Shown: positions 42,777 to 57,335, counted from the first letter of the stretch. The stretch: DNA of 64,000 nt from Paramecium tetraurelia (GCA_000165425.1 CT868496.1:310001-374000); one strand, 5' to 3'. The notes: generated by a model not told the origin, from the letters alone. Made by a program: numbers and translations.

Positions 42777-44948
42777 ATGAATTTACGACCTTAACCAGGC
42801 CATCAGAATAAGAATGGAATAAATCCAATAACGAATACTCCAATAGATTATGCATAAAGAGGGAATTAACAACCTTATTACAAGCAACCTTACCCATAAC
42901 CTCCCATATAATACACGCAAAATCCGTAACAGTACCAGAATCCTTATTATAATTAAACTCTTCCATAAGTTGTATAGCAGAGTATACCAGAGGCAGGATA
43001 GAAACTACCTTTATAGAGCGATGCAATAGAATTAGATCACATGAATGGATTTTCTGGGAGATATCGAGATGTGATTCATTTGCATCCTCAGAAGGAGTCC
43101 ACAATAGTCTATGCATTGGCAGGGTTGATTGTAATAGAGAACTTGAATGACAAACATTAACAATTGTTTTTGAGAGGACATGATATGGATATAAGCGCAT
43201 TGACATTATCGAAGACTGGTAGATATATAGCATCCGGATAAATGGGATCTCGAAATGCAAAGACACCAGAAGCACCAGTTATCCTATGGGATTTCAATGC
43301 TAGAAAACCAATGCAAATATTTAGAGGGTTGAGAGATGAAATTACAAATCTTTCCTTTTCAAGCGATGATAAATTCTTAGCAGCCACGGCTTCTAACAAT
43401 AATCTAATAATATGGAATTGCCAAGATTATACTATTGTTCATAATAAGTTATTGGAAGTTCCAATAAATCTGATTACTTGGTGTCCTCCAAGAAGATCAT
43501 CAACTAAACATTCTTAATATTTAATTGTCACTTCTCAAGGGTCCAACATCTTCTTAATTACAATGGATTTTGATGTCGCCTCTATGCAATATCAACTCAA
43601 ATAAGCTCCATGTCAATTGCCTAGTAGTGGTTTAGTAAGAAATTACACTAAAGCAGTAATTGATTAAAATGGGGATTATTTATATGTAGGAACTCATGCT
43701 GGTGAAATCTGTATTTTCAGCATATCCTCATAATAAGGAGGAATATTCAAAGCTACAATACCAGTGAGTAATAATGGAGTTTTAAGTATCAATATTTTTG
43801 GAAGGAGTCTTTTTGTTGGTTCAGGAGATGGAAAGGTGAAGAAGTTGACTGGAAGTGATACTAGATGGAATTTAGAAAGAGAAATATGTCTAGAAGGCAG
43901 GATGAATTCAATTACAACCGATCCAAATGGTAATGAACTATTGGTAGGAACATCAAATGGTAGAATCTATAGAATCAACACTGCAAATCTAGATTCGGTT
44001 GTTCACACAGAAGGACACTTATCTAGTGTTGTTGGTTTATCAGTGCCTTTAAATGCATGTGATCTCTTTGTCTCAATTGATTATGAAGGCGTAGTAATGG
44101 TATGGGATATGAATGAAATGCTTGTCATCACAAGATGCGTTCCAGTTAATATGAACAGAGTCAAAGGATCTTCTGTATATTTGGATCCAGATAGAACTGT
44201 TGTATCTGGATGGAGAGATGGTTTTATTAGAGCATATATGATAACTAATAAGCCAGTATCTCCAATCAAATGGGAAATTGTTAATGCTCATAAAGGAGCT
44301 GTGACGAGTTTGTACAGCGATCAAAATTATTATCTCTCTGGTGGTGAGGACAGTATTATAAGAGTTTGGTCAAAAACAGCAAGATAATTAATCACTTAAA
44401 TATCTATCCACTCTAAGGAAATTACTAAAGTATTTCCAGATCTCATGAAGCCTAATCTTATTCACTCATGCTCAGCTGATAAAACAATTTACACTTATGA
44501 TCTCAAAACAGACAAAAAGGTTATTCAACACTAATCCAGAAATGGAGTTCTCCTTGATATGACTTAAAGAAAGGATAGTGAGTTAGAACTAAGTAATACT
44601 AATTTCTTATTAAATGTTAGTCACTTGTGGTATTAACATGCCCATTTAATTTTGGGATATTGACATTGTAGAGCCAGTCTAATCTATCGATGTTTAGAAA
44701 TTGAATTCAATTGCCATCAGTCCAGATGGCAAGATATTGGCTACTGGGTCAGATTCTGGGGAGGTAAATCGTGTTTCGATTATGTTAGTTAATCTTGATT
44801 TCCATATTGACTTAATCCATTTTGGGTAAATATTTAGGACATTTCTGCTGGGGTTTCTAAGGTAGCATGGACAAAGTGATTAAAAATAAGTCATTACCGC
44901 CTAGTTATTGATGGAAACTTTATGCTTTATGGAACATTTAATCTATGA
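42777..44948 (+). CDS. WD40 ciliary protein, CFAP52/WDR16-like (3' end frameshifted in this sequence)
   Basis: IELDHMNGFSG...HP...QLFLRGHDMDISAL...YIASGQ, SGWRDGFIRA, NAHKGAV, SGGEDSIIRVW. Several single-base insertions occur after 44840. Confidence 0.82.
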
Positions 44949-45902
44949 TTATTGATATATTATTAAGCATATATTTTGTTTACAACAATTTTAAAGAAAT
45001 CATAATAATTTATGCTATTCACTATGTTTATCCCAATAAATTCATACATCCCAAAATCATTACAAAAAACTATCATATTCTATCTTAATTAATTCAATCG
45101 TAGACTCAAGCCTTTATAATTCCTTTCTATATATTATTGTAAACTTTACAAAAAATACTAGTGTGTCAGAAGTACTAAAAACCTGAAAAATCTATTATGA
45201 CCTAAAAAATGTATTTAGAATCCTTGAAAAATAAATATTACGCAAATTAATTGAAATAGATTGAGGAGAAGTATTGAAATGATTTAGAGAAAAAAATATT
45301 TTATTTTAAAAAATTTGATATAAATTTAAATTAATTTTACATATTTATTTGAGTCAACTTATCGATGAATCCTTCCATTCTGGATGTTTGATATGAATCT
45401 AAAATAAAATAATGAATTTAAGTCTTTTTTATATATAATTAATATATATTAGTAGTTATAAAGGAGAATTTTTTATTTCGTTTTCTAATTTCAATTTCAA
45501 AAGTCGAATTAATGTTAAATCTTATAAGTCTAAGAATTTTTAATGTTATTAAAAGATTTTGTATGATTTTGCTTCTTTCAAGAAAATAATAGATAAATTA
45601 ATCTTCGATGTTCCAAATCTTATTTGAATTAGATTTGCAAAGTTTGATATGGAGGTGCATACCATTTAAAATAAAGAAAAAGCTTAGATATACAATTAGA
45701 GACAAATTTATTAAATTCAAGAGCTAAATAATATATTACAATTTTATAAATTTTATATTTATTGTATTGATTTAATCAATATAAGAATAAGCCTAATAAT
45801 AAAATAATTTATCTTTCTTAATATAAATTTAGGAAATTAGAATTTCCAATTGTTATTATAAATATCAACCGATCCTCTTGAAATAAATCATAAATTACAT
45901 TA

Positions 45903-47168
45903 ATGTTTAGAATAACATACCTTACCAAAACATTACTAACAATAACAATTTTTCTTAATATTGTTATTTCATAAACTTTGGATGATATTAAATCTTAAAT
46001 TGTCAATGATTGGCAAAGTATTGCTCTTGAATTGGTCCCAAATTCATAAGGAGATTAAGTGTATCCAGAATACAAAAGAAGATAATGGAATTTTACTTCT
46101 GATTCCGAATTCACAGCCTTGATAGAGACTTTCACGGACAAATCAGGCTCAAATAAGAAATTAACTTTCTCAGGACAAGGAGAAATAACTTACTAAGGGG
46201 CAAGTGACGTAATCTCAGGGGCTTTCTTAACCAAAATTACATTCAGCAAGTAGGCCTTGGTCACTCTCCACACAGATGACCTCGTAACCGCTTTCAACGG
46301 AGCTCAATAAGGATAGGATGGTGTCACATGGGTTAAAGACAAACCCTAAGATATAACTACTGTCGCCGTTCCAGCCATGAGTAAATAATCAAATTCCCCT
46401 TTCCTAAGTTATGATCTTGTCTATATAAGAGATGATTATTTATATATGGGTGAAGTTGATGTATTTGGAACTCATGCAAGTGCAGATAATCCACCAAAAG
46501 GGTTATCTGCTCCTCTAATCCCTAATCCAGATCCTGAAACTCCCCTAACTCTTGATGAATTGAAACAATCTATTCTTGGAGGGTAATGGACAAGCCTGAC
46601 CAAAGAAGTAAGACCAGGCTTAAGCAACCAAGGAAAACTGATGACAACCTTCTAAACTAGAACGTTAACATTTCTTTCAGAATTGGAATTTTCATTGGTC
46701 TTAACAAGTTATTCTGGCTATGGGTAATCATCGGCCCTAATGGCAATGGAAGTAGTTGGTCCATATGAATGGGAAGAAGATGCTTCTCAAGTAGTTCCTG
46801 GAGCACAATTCGCTAAATTTAGCATGACTTAAATGTACATTACACCAATGAGTGACGAAGTAACTGCCAACTTAAATCAAGGCTTACCTTAAGGAATGGA
46901 CCCATTCAAAACAAATTAGAAGGTCAATATGACAGGAAAAGATTTCCCAGCCTTAGGAATGTCAAGTGGATCTTCTATGTATGAAAACGATATGGTTTAT
47001 CAAAGATAAAACCGCCTATTCTTAGAAGCCCGTCCAGTGGATGGAGGAATGCTTTAGCCAAAAGAAAGAAGAACATATAGCTTATAGAGAGATTTAATTG
47101 ACACATCAAGAAGCTCATTTAATGGATTTCTGATTTTGAATTTAATAATGGTCATCTTAATGATATGA
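45903..47168 (+). CDS. Secreted, probably GPI-anchored protein with two APCDD1-like domains (421 aa)
   Basis: Intronless 1266-nt frame with signal peptide. Internal duplication TLDDIK..DWQSIALELVP / TLDELK..GQWTSLTKEVRP and YDLVYIRDDYLYMG / NDMVYQRQNRLFLEARPVDG, hydrophobic C-terminus. Confidence 0.75.
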
Positions 47169-48075
47169 CCTTCATTGTAAATTCAAATTATTCAACCAAA
47201 TTATATCTTCTTTATCTTTAATAATTCTTTGATAAATTCTTTTTAAGATTTAATGAAACCAAAAATGAGCAATGTAAAAATTCATTTAATAAAAGTTTCA
47301 GTATTTTTAAATTTATATAATTAATGTTAATAAATATATATTAAATTTTTATTTTGAATTGTAAAAAATTTATATTTTAATTGTGTGCAAATTTATATCC
47401 TTTAAATGATTAGTAATAAGTGTTCTCTCTACTGTAAAAATGCCCATTCCTCAAAGATACTATGAAATTCGTTATCTCATTTACCCTTGACCTGTAAATT
47501 AATCGTAATATTTACTTTCTTAGATCTTTTTGTATTATGAAAGTTAATTTTGTTAAGAAATTGATATGTGTAAAAAAATCGATGTTTTAGATTCATCTAT
47601 AATTTATGGATAACATTTAAAATTAAACTTTATATATATTGAATTATGATGTCTTTTTCAAAATTTATTTTATCTAATTCTCCAAGATCTTTGAATTAAT
47701 TTGAAAGCATAAGTCAATGACTACAATTTTGAACATTGATCTGAATCATCTTATTTACAATGATAAATCTTCTTTTTAATTTTTATTTTAGAAATCTTAT
47801 TAAATAAATAATAAAATAGAAATAACGAATTAAACTTAAATGATGTTTTATAAATATTTTAAAGAAAAATAGTTCAATATACAACAGAGGTTATCAATTT
47901 TCTTATTTTTACACATCAATCTCAAGTGATTTATCAATATCAATTCCATTATTGTTAAAACTATTATTTAACAGCTTTCTCATATTCAATTCTACTTAGA
48001 TTTTGTAAATAAACAGTTCCAATGAAAATTCTATAATTATAAATTTATATTATAATTAATTGTTATTATTCGTTA

Positions 48076-49410
48076 ATGCATAAACAACTCCCAAATTATA
48101 TACTAACTCCATCCACACATTATATCACAAAAACGCCTGAAAAAGCAATCAATACATCACCTTTTAGAGGATCAAGTGTACAATAGATTCATTTATTATC
48201 TATTAGTTTAGTGATAAATAGTCGATGACACCAAACAAATAAAATATTGGATATCACTATGTTCAATAATAAACTATAAACCAAAATACGAAACATTAGA
48301 TTCCATATTACGAGAATGCCTCTCCATTAGTTCACGAAAGCAAATAGCATTTAATGTAAAGAGTTTAGAATCTGGAGGAGAATTTAAGAGAGATTGTAAA
48401 AAAGTATGACCAATCAAAAGAGGATTTAGAGAGAGAAAGAACCATAAAGTACGACTCAAATAGAAATTACTCTTAATTATATTAAAGATATTAGGAGTAT
48501 ATATTGTTCTTTAGAGAGTAGCTAAGAGAGGGAAGTGTTGAAATACTAATAGGTAGCAAAATCCATAGAAACTATGTAAAAACAGGTTTAAAGAGAACTT
48601 TAAGAATAAAAGGAAAAGTGGAATGCTAAGAATAATGAAATTTAGGAACAAAAAAAGGTTTAAGAGAAGTTATAAAGTATTTTGAAATAGAAGGAAAGAG
48701 AGATTAATGATTTTAAATTAAAGTTGAAAGAAGAGAGGGAATTTAGGTCATACGAAAATCAAAGATTGGTTTAGGAATTCACCTAAACATACTAGGATTT
48801 AACTCTATAGAATGATTAATTAATCCAAGAAAACAATGAATTAAGAACATTAATCTTAGAGATTGATAATTAACCTTAACCATATTCTTCAGCAAATTAA
48901 TCATAGTAAAATATTTAAGCTGATTCTGATTACTTGGAGGATCCATAATTGAGACAAATCGTATAACAATATCTAACAAAAAATGAAGAAAGTTATTTAG
49001 ATCAAATATCGGATAAATAACTTAGAGCTGCTGTTTCAATAATTAAGGAGATATTTCAAACTGTTACATCATAACAATTGAAAGAAATTAAATCTTAGCA
49101 ATTTCAACAGCCTAAATAAATTAGCGAGGAAATTGAAATAAACTTACTAGAGGCGAGAAAAAATAGAGAGTTTCTTATCAAAGAGATAAAAAATAAGATG
49201 GATAAGATTGTAAAGTCAAAAGTATAGATTTATATATGATGAAATAAGGAATTCGATTTGATAGAATTTAATGAAATACAAAAAGAAATAGAAGAGCTAA
49301 AAAAACAACTAAGCTCTGTGGAGAATATTATTTAGGAAATGGAGTAATAATTAATCTTGAATCCACATCGAAATAGTTGTGTTTCTTTTGACGATCACGA
49401 GTTCTAATGA
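48076..49410 (+). CDS. Hypothetical coiled-coil protein
   Basis: Code-6 frame with one intron near 48178-48206, Q/E/K-rich heptads, TGA at 49408-49410. Confidence 0.7.
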
Positions 49411-49662
49411 TTTACTTTTGAATTTTATTATTAATGAAATATATATTATTCTACTCTTAAGAAGGTATTAAAAACTAATTTTGAATATACACTACTTTAT
49501 ATTTAAACCAATATAAAAAATTATGAAAATCTAAAAACAATAGTGACTTTTTAACATAATTATAATTCTGATTCTTAGTACTTATCATTCAATTTATTAA
49601 ATTGCAATATATTTACCAACTAATTAATATAAAACACTTAATATTTTCAAAAATCTGCGTGA

Positions 49663-50583
49663 TCATTACCTTCTTAAAAGATTTGAAATTAAACTTAATA
49701 TAATTATAATAATTCCAACCCAACTAAGGATTTCAATATCTTGTTTCAATACTAAAATATCCAGTAAAATATTAAATATTATTTAGGATTCCCCAATTAA
49801 GGATTATTATGTAACATTTCCAATCATTACAGACCTGTTCATGCATAGTTATCCCAAGCAGCCGAGAAAGCCACTGAACAATAATAAATTCGCCTCATAA
49901 AATGACACAGCCTTGAATTCTTCGACTTAATAAAATAGCTAACACAAAATGGAGGATATAATTCCAAAAAAAGAAAAATATTGTAAAATAGCCAAGGAGC
50001 TGACTTCTTAAGAGAGAGAGTTGATTAAAACTTATGCAAATGAAGTGGTGACTGCAGTTAGGATAGCCAAACATAATCCAAAGAAATTAAGGTAAGTGAA
50101 TTCATTATTATTCTAACTAAATAAGATTGGAGGCTTGGAGATCAAAATTACACCTAAGAGACAGAATAAAATTTCGAGAATCGTTCTTTTTGTAATTGCT
50201 TCTTTTTTTAGAATATAAGCTAAGATAAATGTTGTCCATAAAGGATTAGTTTTCATCAAAACAACTGCCTCTGAAACAGTGACTAATTTTAATGATAAGA
50301 AGCAGGAAAGAAATCCAACACCTCCTATGCAACCTCGAGTAATCAGTTTTTTAATTGTCCTACTTGAGCGCGGATATGTGTTATTTGGTATGAATATTGC
50401 CAAGATTTCAACGACAATCAAAGTAAGGATCGATCTCCAATAGATTATTTGAGTAGCAGGTATTCCATCAAAATATTTTATACTAAAAGAGTTCAAAGCA
50501 AAGAATATGCTTGAAAGAGTAGTATAGATGGAAGGTGAAGCAAGTGGATATTGCAATTCAATTTTGTATATAAACTTCATCAT
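49663..50583 (-). CDS. EamA/DMT-family transporter (SLC35G-like)
   Basis: 921-nt frame with about 10 hydrophobic segments, LITRGCIG, VSEAVVLMKTNPLWTTFILAYILKKE. Confidence 0.88.
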
Positions 50584-51660
50584 TATTAAATTAATTAATT
50601 ACAATTTTACAGATTTCAATAATTTTCCATATTCTTTCACAATTGGAAAATAACCCCTATGATACACTCATCTTTAGAATTAAATTAATAAATTTCTTCC
50701 TCCTAATTATATCATTTATTAATCAAAAATATGATTATATATTTCTTTTGGAAGCTTATTAACCTCAAGCAGTGAAATAATATATATGAGTTTTGGATAA
50801 TTATGATAATAAATGGGGATTAATAAGTGAGTTTATCATAACCTTGTCTCTGTTTTAAAGAGGATAAATAAACAAGGATAACTCATTAAGTATAATCAGA
50901 ATTTTTGAGTGGAATCGATGAATTTAATAAAAAGAAACAATTTCAATATATCTGAATTCTCTTCTTCTAATTATCATTTAAAGCATAAATTGACTTTTAG
51001 GGTATGATTAAAAAAGGAACTGACATAGAAAACAGAGTTAAAGTCAAAGGCAGACTGATATTGAAATAGACTATAGGAGATCATACAACAAATTCAACAA
51101 TGTTTATTTTGAAACACACAATTAGCTTACACTCTTATATGTTTTGTTATATTATTAGCACTTCAAACGGGATAAACCAATACAATTTATGTTTTTAAGG
51201 AAAAGAGATAAAAATGAATACTTCTGCAATACATTTAAATTTTAGAGTATTCCAACATTCCATTAATTGCCTAAAATAGCCACAGAAGTTGAACGACCAA
51301 AAAAAATTTATTTATTTTAAGATTTAAAGAATTGTTAATAAATTAAAATTATTATCTTAAGTTACTATGAATAAATATTTTTCTTTATATACTTCATTTA
51401 TGATTACATAATTCATTCAATGCTATTGTAACAATTACAATTCATTTAAAGATGGTTTCAAAATTTAAAATCCTCCCTATTTTAATAGTGTTATAAACAG
51501 TTGCTTTTTGAATAATAAGCAAAAGATTGGCCATTTATAGGTATTAAAGATGCAATACTCTTTGATAATTGATTTAGCATGTGTATCTTTGCTATTAATT
51601 GAATTTATAAATATTCTAGGAACTTTAGATTTTATTTTCATATATATTTATTAATTCTTG

Positions 51661-53171
51661 ATGGGAAATAGTTCTAGACATTAAAATCAACAGGGAAACC
51701 AGTCATCCTTATAAACAAAGCAATTCAATAAATAAGAAAGTGAATTGAACAAATATTTAACTTAGAGTAAGTTTGTATTCATATTTAGGTTGTTTTACAT
51801 TTCCATCATCAATACAGAAAATCCCTGCGTGCAAGGCATAAAAAGTAAATTGCCTAAGATGCGATCATATATTATTTGATGATGGATTGGGAAGAACTAA
51901 CAAATGTGAAGAATGTCAAATTCTATATGTAATTAAGGATGGAGTGGTTACACTCTTAAATAATAGCCAGGATGTTCAATGCTGCTCATATGGTTTCCCA
52001 TTGCAATAGTTAGATTCAGTTGTGCTGCGAGTAAATCAGTATAATTTTTGATGTCAATTTCTAGGAACTGTATTAATCACATATCGTATGGACAGTTGAT
52101 GACCCAAATTATATTGCCGTTTTTCGAGATGAGAGAAAGGATCATAACATCTGGGGCTTGCTTCAATATCGATTAATTTGAATTTCGAGTGGTTGGATGT
52201 GGTTCATAACTCCAAGGTATTGTGAGTGCTGGCACAAAGATATACTGTTATGAATCATATACCGATAGAATCCTTTACAAATTGAAAATATACACTCAAA
52301 GAAAGAACTTTCAAGATGAACTTTTTCATTATTTTTTTTCTCGTCCGAAAGAAAACCTACTCATTTAAGGTAATATTGTTTTAGAATTATGTTAGATTCG
52401 TATATAAAGATTAACAATCAAGAGTATTTTGTATTACAATGCACTGAATAAACAGGAAGATTGCATATCTACACTAAGATTGAATGTATTTCGAATGTAC
52501 CTAGATTGTCTTAGGTTTAATTCATAATTTTGAAGCAACCTGTAGAATTCTCTAATAGTAATAGAAATCAAGCAATTTAGTAAGTTTTAATTTATGTTGT
52601 TCAACCATATTTCGCAGGGTTGACTCGATATATAGAAAAGGGTTAGATTTTGAGGATTGGCGATTTCATTTTTGAGGTATGTTTAGTTGAAAATTGCGGA
52701 TTTGTAATTCCTAACTAAACACAAATTCAAATTATAGATTAAGTTGATCAGCAAATAAATCTATAATAATTCTAATCAAATTAAAATTACAATATCATTA
52801 GCAGATCTATTGACAATCAACAAAGTAGTAGATAGGATTAGATTGAATCCTTGCATAGATTATTGAATACCTTCATTCAATTAAATGAAAATGGCACAAT
52901 AGAAGGCAATCTAGGATGTGAAGACCATGAAATATAACAATTACCAGTAAGGAAAATAAATTTAGAATAAGTTAAATAATTGGATGAGGATCATATGAAA
53001 TGCTTGATTTGTCTATGTGAATATGAGGAGGAAGATTTAGTTAAAACTATTCCCTGCTGTATTCAAATATATATATATTATTTAGTACATTATTTTCATG
53101 ATGATTGCATAGAGAAGTGGCTCAAAAAAAGTAGACATTGTCCAATTTGTAAAAATGAGCTAGAAATTTGA
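51661..53171 (+). CDS. RING-H2 E3 ubiquitin ligase
   Basis: C-terminal CLICLCEYEEEDLVKTIPC-(intron)-HYFHDDCIEKWLKKSRHCPICK, MGNSS N-terminus, additional CxxC pairs. Confidence 0.85.
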
Positions 53172-53280
53172 ATATCTTACTTATTTATTATACCAACAAT
53201 ATTTTGAATTCTTACATTATCTAAATGAAAATGGATTCCAATATTACGAATTTCTCATAATTTAAATTATCTTTTAATAT

Positions 53281-54751
53281 ATGGGGAAACATAGAAATAA
53301 GAATTAAAGCAAGTATGAAAATGCTCCTTAGAAAAAGGTGAAGACAAATCATTGGGATTAAGATAATTAATAAATTTGTGTTGTTTAATTTGAGAATCCT
53401 ATCTTTCGTCGTTTCTATGAGGTATAATGATATAATACAACTATTAGATTCAATTACCAGAAATAGGTGCTGAAGAATTTAAGGTCTTTTGGTAATCTTT
53501 ATCACTTCCATTGCCTGTAACTTTCAGAATAAACCCATCTTAATACAAATATGAGAGTTTGATTGAAAGATTGCAAGATGGATCATTGATAAAAGACATG
53601 GTCAATGAAGAAGAAATAGTAGAGCCAATCAGGGAAATCAAATGGTATCCAAATCATTTGGTATGGGAATCAAAAGTGCCTAAGAAAAGTCTGAGAAAAT
53701 CAGCAGCCCTTACTAAATTACATCAATTCATATAAAAATGCAATTCAACTGGGTTATTGACAAGATAAGAACTTGTTTCAATGCTTCCTCCTTTGCTATT
53801 GGATCCTCAACCAACAGATTTTGTTTTGGATATGTGTGCAGCGCCAGGATCAAAGACTTGTCAATTGCTAGAAATTGTTACCAAAGGATTGATTGTTGCA
53901 AATGATGTTGATCCAAAAAGAGCCTATATGTTATCACATCAACTATCTCGTATGCCAACTGCATAAGTCATGATCACTAATTATGCAGCTTAGTTCTACC
54001 CTACCTTATATATAAATGGATAGAGACTTCAATTTGATAAAGTGTTATGTGATGTTCCATGTACTGGAGACGGAGCAGCTCGTAAATTACCAACTAGATG
54101 GGTTAAATGGTCTGCCAGAGATGGTAATGTCATTCATCCCTTGCAATTGAGTATTTTGATGAGAGCACTTCAATTATGCAAAATTGGAGGATATGTTATG
54201 TATAGCACATGCTCACTTAATCCTATTGAGAATGAGGCTGTTGTGGCCGAGGTATTCAGAAGGGCTGGCTTTGAAGCTTTTGAATTAGTTGATTTACATA
54301 CATTAGAAGGATTCAAAACCAGAAAGGGAGTTAAGGATTGGAAGGTTATTATAACAGATGACTTTCTAACTTAAAAATATCTTCAAAGAGAATCAAATGC
54401 AGACTAGGATGAAAAGGCTTTCCTTGAAACTGTCACTGTAGAGGATTTAGTCTATGAAGTTAATAATGTTAATCAAAAATTGAATATCAAGAAACTTTTT
54501 TCTAAGTTTTCGAGAAAATAGGAAGGATAGATGATTAATGCATTCAAAACTTTAAAACCTTCTTTATGGCCAGACACTGAAGAATTTATGAATAAAATTT
54601 AAATAGAAAAGTCTGTGAGAGTTCTGCCTCATGATTAGGATACAGGAGGTTTCTATTTGGCATTATTTAAGAAAAAGTAAGCAGTGATTTGGAAGAAACC
54701 ATCATATTAAGAATCAATTATATCTTAATAATAACCAATAATAGAATAAGA

Positions 54752-54799
<48 letters not shown>

Positions 54800-55627
54800 T
54801 GAAGTTGAATAAATTATTGATAAACCATAAAATTAATAATTATCCACTGAATAAGTTTAATAACAAGTCTAATAAGAATTATAACATAAAGAAATAATAT
54901 AATCAGCAGAAGATGTTGAATAAGAATAATTTATTTAAGATATTGATATCAATTAAGATCATCTTAAAGATATCTTAAAATAAAGTAACGAATAGGATGA
55001 TAAATAATAAAATGATAAAAATAAAACATAATTACTTGAACCCTATACACCAATTAATGACTATGATTGGAAAGTCATCTGCGATTATTATGGAATCAGT
55101 GATTTCCCTTAAGGATAAGTTCTAGGTACTGGATAATCTCTTGATCTCATCATGTAAGTCAATAAGAAATTCAGATATGTTAGCGAGGACGTTAAAAATA
55201 TACTTTTTGATCCAAAAAATTGTAAAATATTATATAAATTTAAATAGAAAATCTTAAACTAATTAATATTGGCTAGAAACTATTTGAAAGAGGCAAAGAA
55301 AGTTTTGGTGGATAGGTTACACCATTTAAAATTACTCAAGAAGGGCTTTCATATATTTTTAAATTTTTGACTAAGAGAGTCGTTGAATGCAGCAAAGATT
55401 AATTTATGGAAATTTTATAAAAGCGAAACATAAGGATGGGAGATTTTGCTCATGAAGAGTTAAAGCAATAATTTGAGCAATTGATTTAGGGATGTTTTGT
55501 CCTTTTCTACAAGGAAACTCCAGAAATTAGCGAAGCCATCGTATGTTAATATTACAAACAAAGTGTTAATTTGATGTGTAGCACAGAGAATATAGAAAAC
55601 ATTCTTATTAGACATAGATTAATGTGA
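53281..55627 (+). CDS. NSUN2: tRNA m5C methyltransferase, NSUN2/Trm4 family
   Basis: [60 protein letters not shown]. Confidence 0.93.
54753..54797 (+). repeat. TAG(TAA)14 trinucleotide tract encoding polyglutamine
   Basis: In frame within the NSUN2 gene, which is direct support for genetic code 6. Confidence 0.9.
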
Positions 55628-57065
55628 TTTATATATAAAATATATATAAATATTGACACTTCAGAGAATTGCAAGAACTAGTCGCCTAAACAAGAATTTA
55701 TCCAAGACTATATTCTTTTTGCCTGCTTGTAGAAAAAGATGCTTTTGATTAATAGGCAATTATTAGTTTTCTAATTAAAATATGTCTTTTTTTTAATACT
55801 CACTTACATATGTACCTCGCAAATTAATTTTGTTATTCAAATTTACTCTCAAAACATTAGTTACATCAAATCGCGTTCTACCTGCGTTAAAACACGTTGT
55901 TCCTCTCATAACATCAGATATTTTAATAATTATAGAAATATATTGTTACTTAGTCAATCTTGTCTTTTAACTATTATAACTGATCAAAACTCGAATGAAA
56001 ATTTTATATTAAAATTTCAAGAGTTCAAAATTAGATAAAAATGAACACCTAGGGAATATACCATTAAGGTTTATAATGATTTTATCAATGTTAAATATAA
56101 ATGAGGAAGAAAATATGAAAACTCATAAATGTATTTCTTATAAGTCTTAATACTTACGAGCTTTTAAGTAATTGACTAATTTTTCACAGTGCATGCCTTC
56201 ATTATCCAATTTAATAGTTTTGGTAAGCATTTTTAATTCATATTCATAATTATTGTTTTTATTCTTTAAAATTCCTTTCTTCATAGTCTATTGAGTCAAT
56301 TATGATAAGTCTGAACCCATCTTTATGGGCTGCTATTGCTCAATGTGATTTTATTATAATGAACTCTTAAATTGAAGTTCCAAAGTTGAAATAAAATTAC
56401 ATGACAAATTGCATGACATAGTGCTCATCTGATCGCTAATGGCTTACTCCTCAGCTACTTCTAAGTTACTTTAATTAAGAGAAGCGAAATTCTACTGTTT
56501 CGCTAAACAAATGGATCCCATAGTAATATTATTTTAAATCTTGTTGAAACCAAATATATTTATTAACTTTTTCTATCCTATTTATTTAATGACAACCAAA
56601 TTCTTCTTTTCGAATCTTTCGAACCATAAAATATACAGATTACAGAAAAAACACTTTCTTTTTCCCCTCTAAACAAATTGCTATATTTAGAAACAACTGA
56701 ATTTTAGTCTAGGAAGACTTGTCTGATATGAATCAATATTCACTAAGACAGAGATTCTTATGGTATACAATAAACTATACTCTTTACATTTTTATTTTCA
56801 ATATAAAATGCATATTTCACGAGAAAATTTACAATTAAATTAAATAATATTACACAATTTAAATATATTAAAATAGTAGTAATTTTACATAATGATAAAA
56901 TGGTTTTTAAGTATTCATTGTTGGAAATGTTGGAGTAATTGAAAGGAGAATTTTGATGACACTAAATGATTCAATTATAAATGTAAAATAGAAAAATCGT
57001 TAGAATTCAATGAGATAGGTAATATGTTAAACGTAGAATTCAAATAAAAATATTGAAACATAATA

Positions 57066-57335
57066 TCATTTAGTTAATCTTTTGATGTCATTTTAGAGCT
57101 ATTTGACTTCCTTTCCGTATTAATTAATTGAGTGATCAGTTTATCTGATCATCCTGCGCAATTATTTGAGATCATCAAATTCTTCATATGAAATTGGATC
57201 AATCTCAACTTCATCGTCTGTTATGATTTGTTTTTTCTATTTAATTTAGGTGCAAAATATGTCCTGAGATTTCTGGGATTTATTTTAGTTGACTCTTTAT
57301 TTTGCTAATTATAATAAATCAGATGATTAATTCAT
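57066..57335 (-). CDS. Small coiled-coil protein (89 aa)
   Basis: Clean ATG-to-TGA frame MNQSSDLLQLAKQR...EEFDDLKQLRRMIRQ...NDIKRLTK. Confidence 0.55.
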
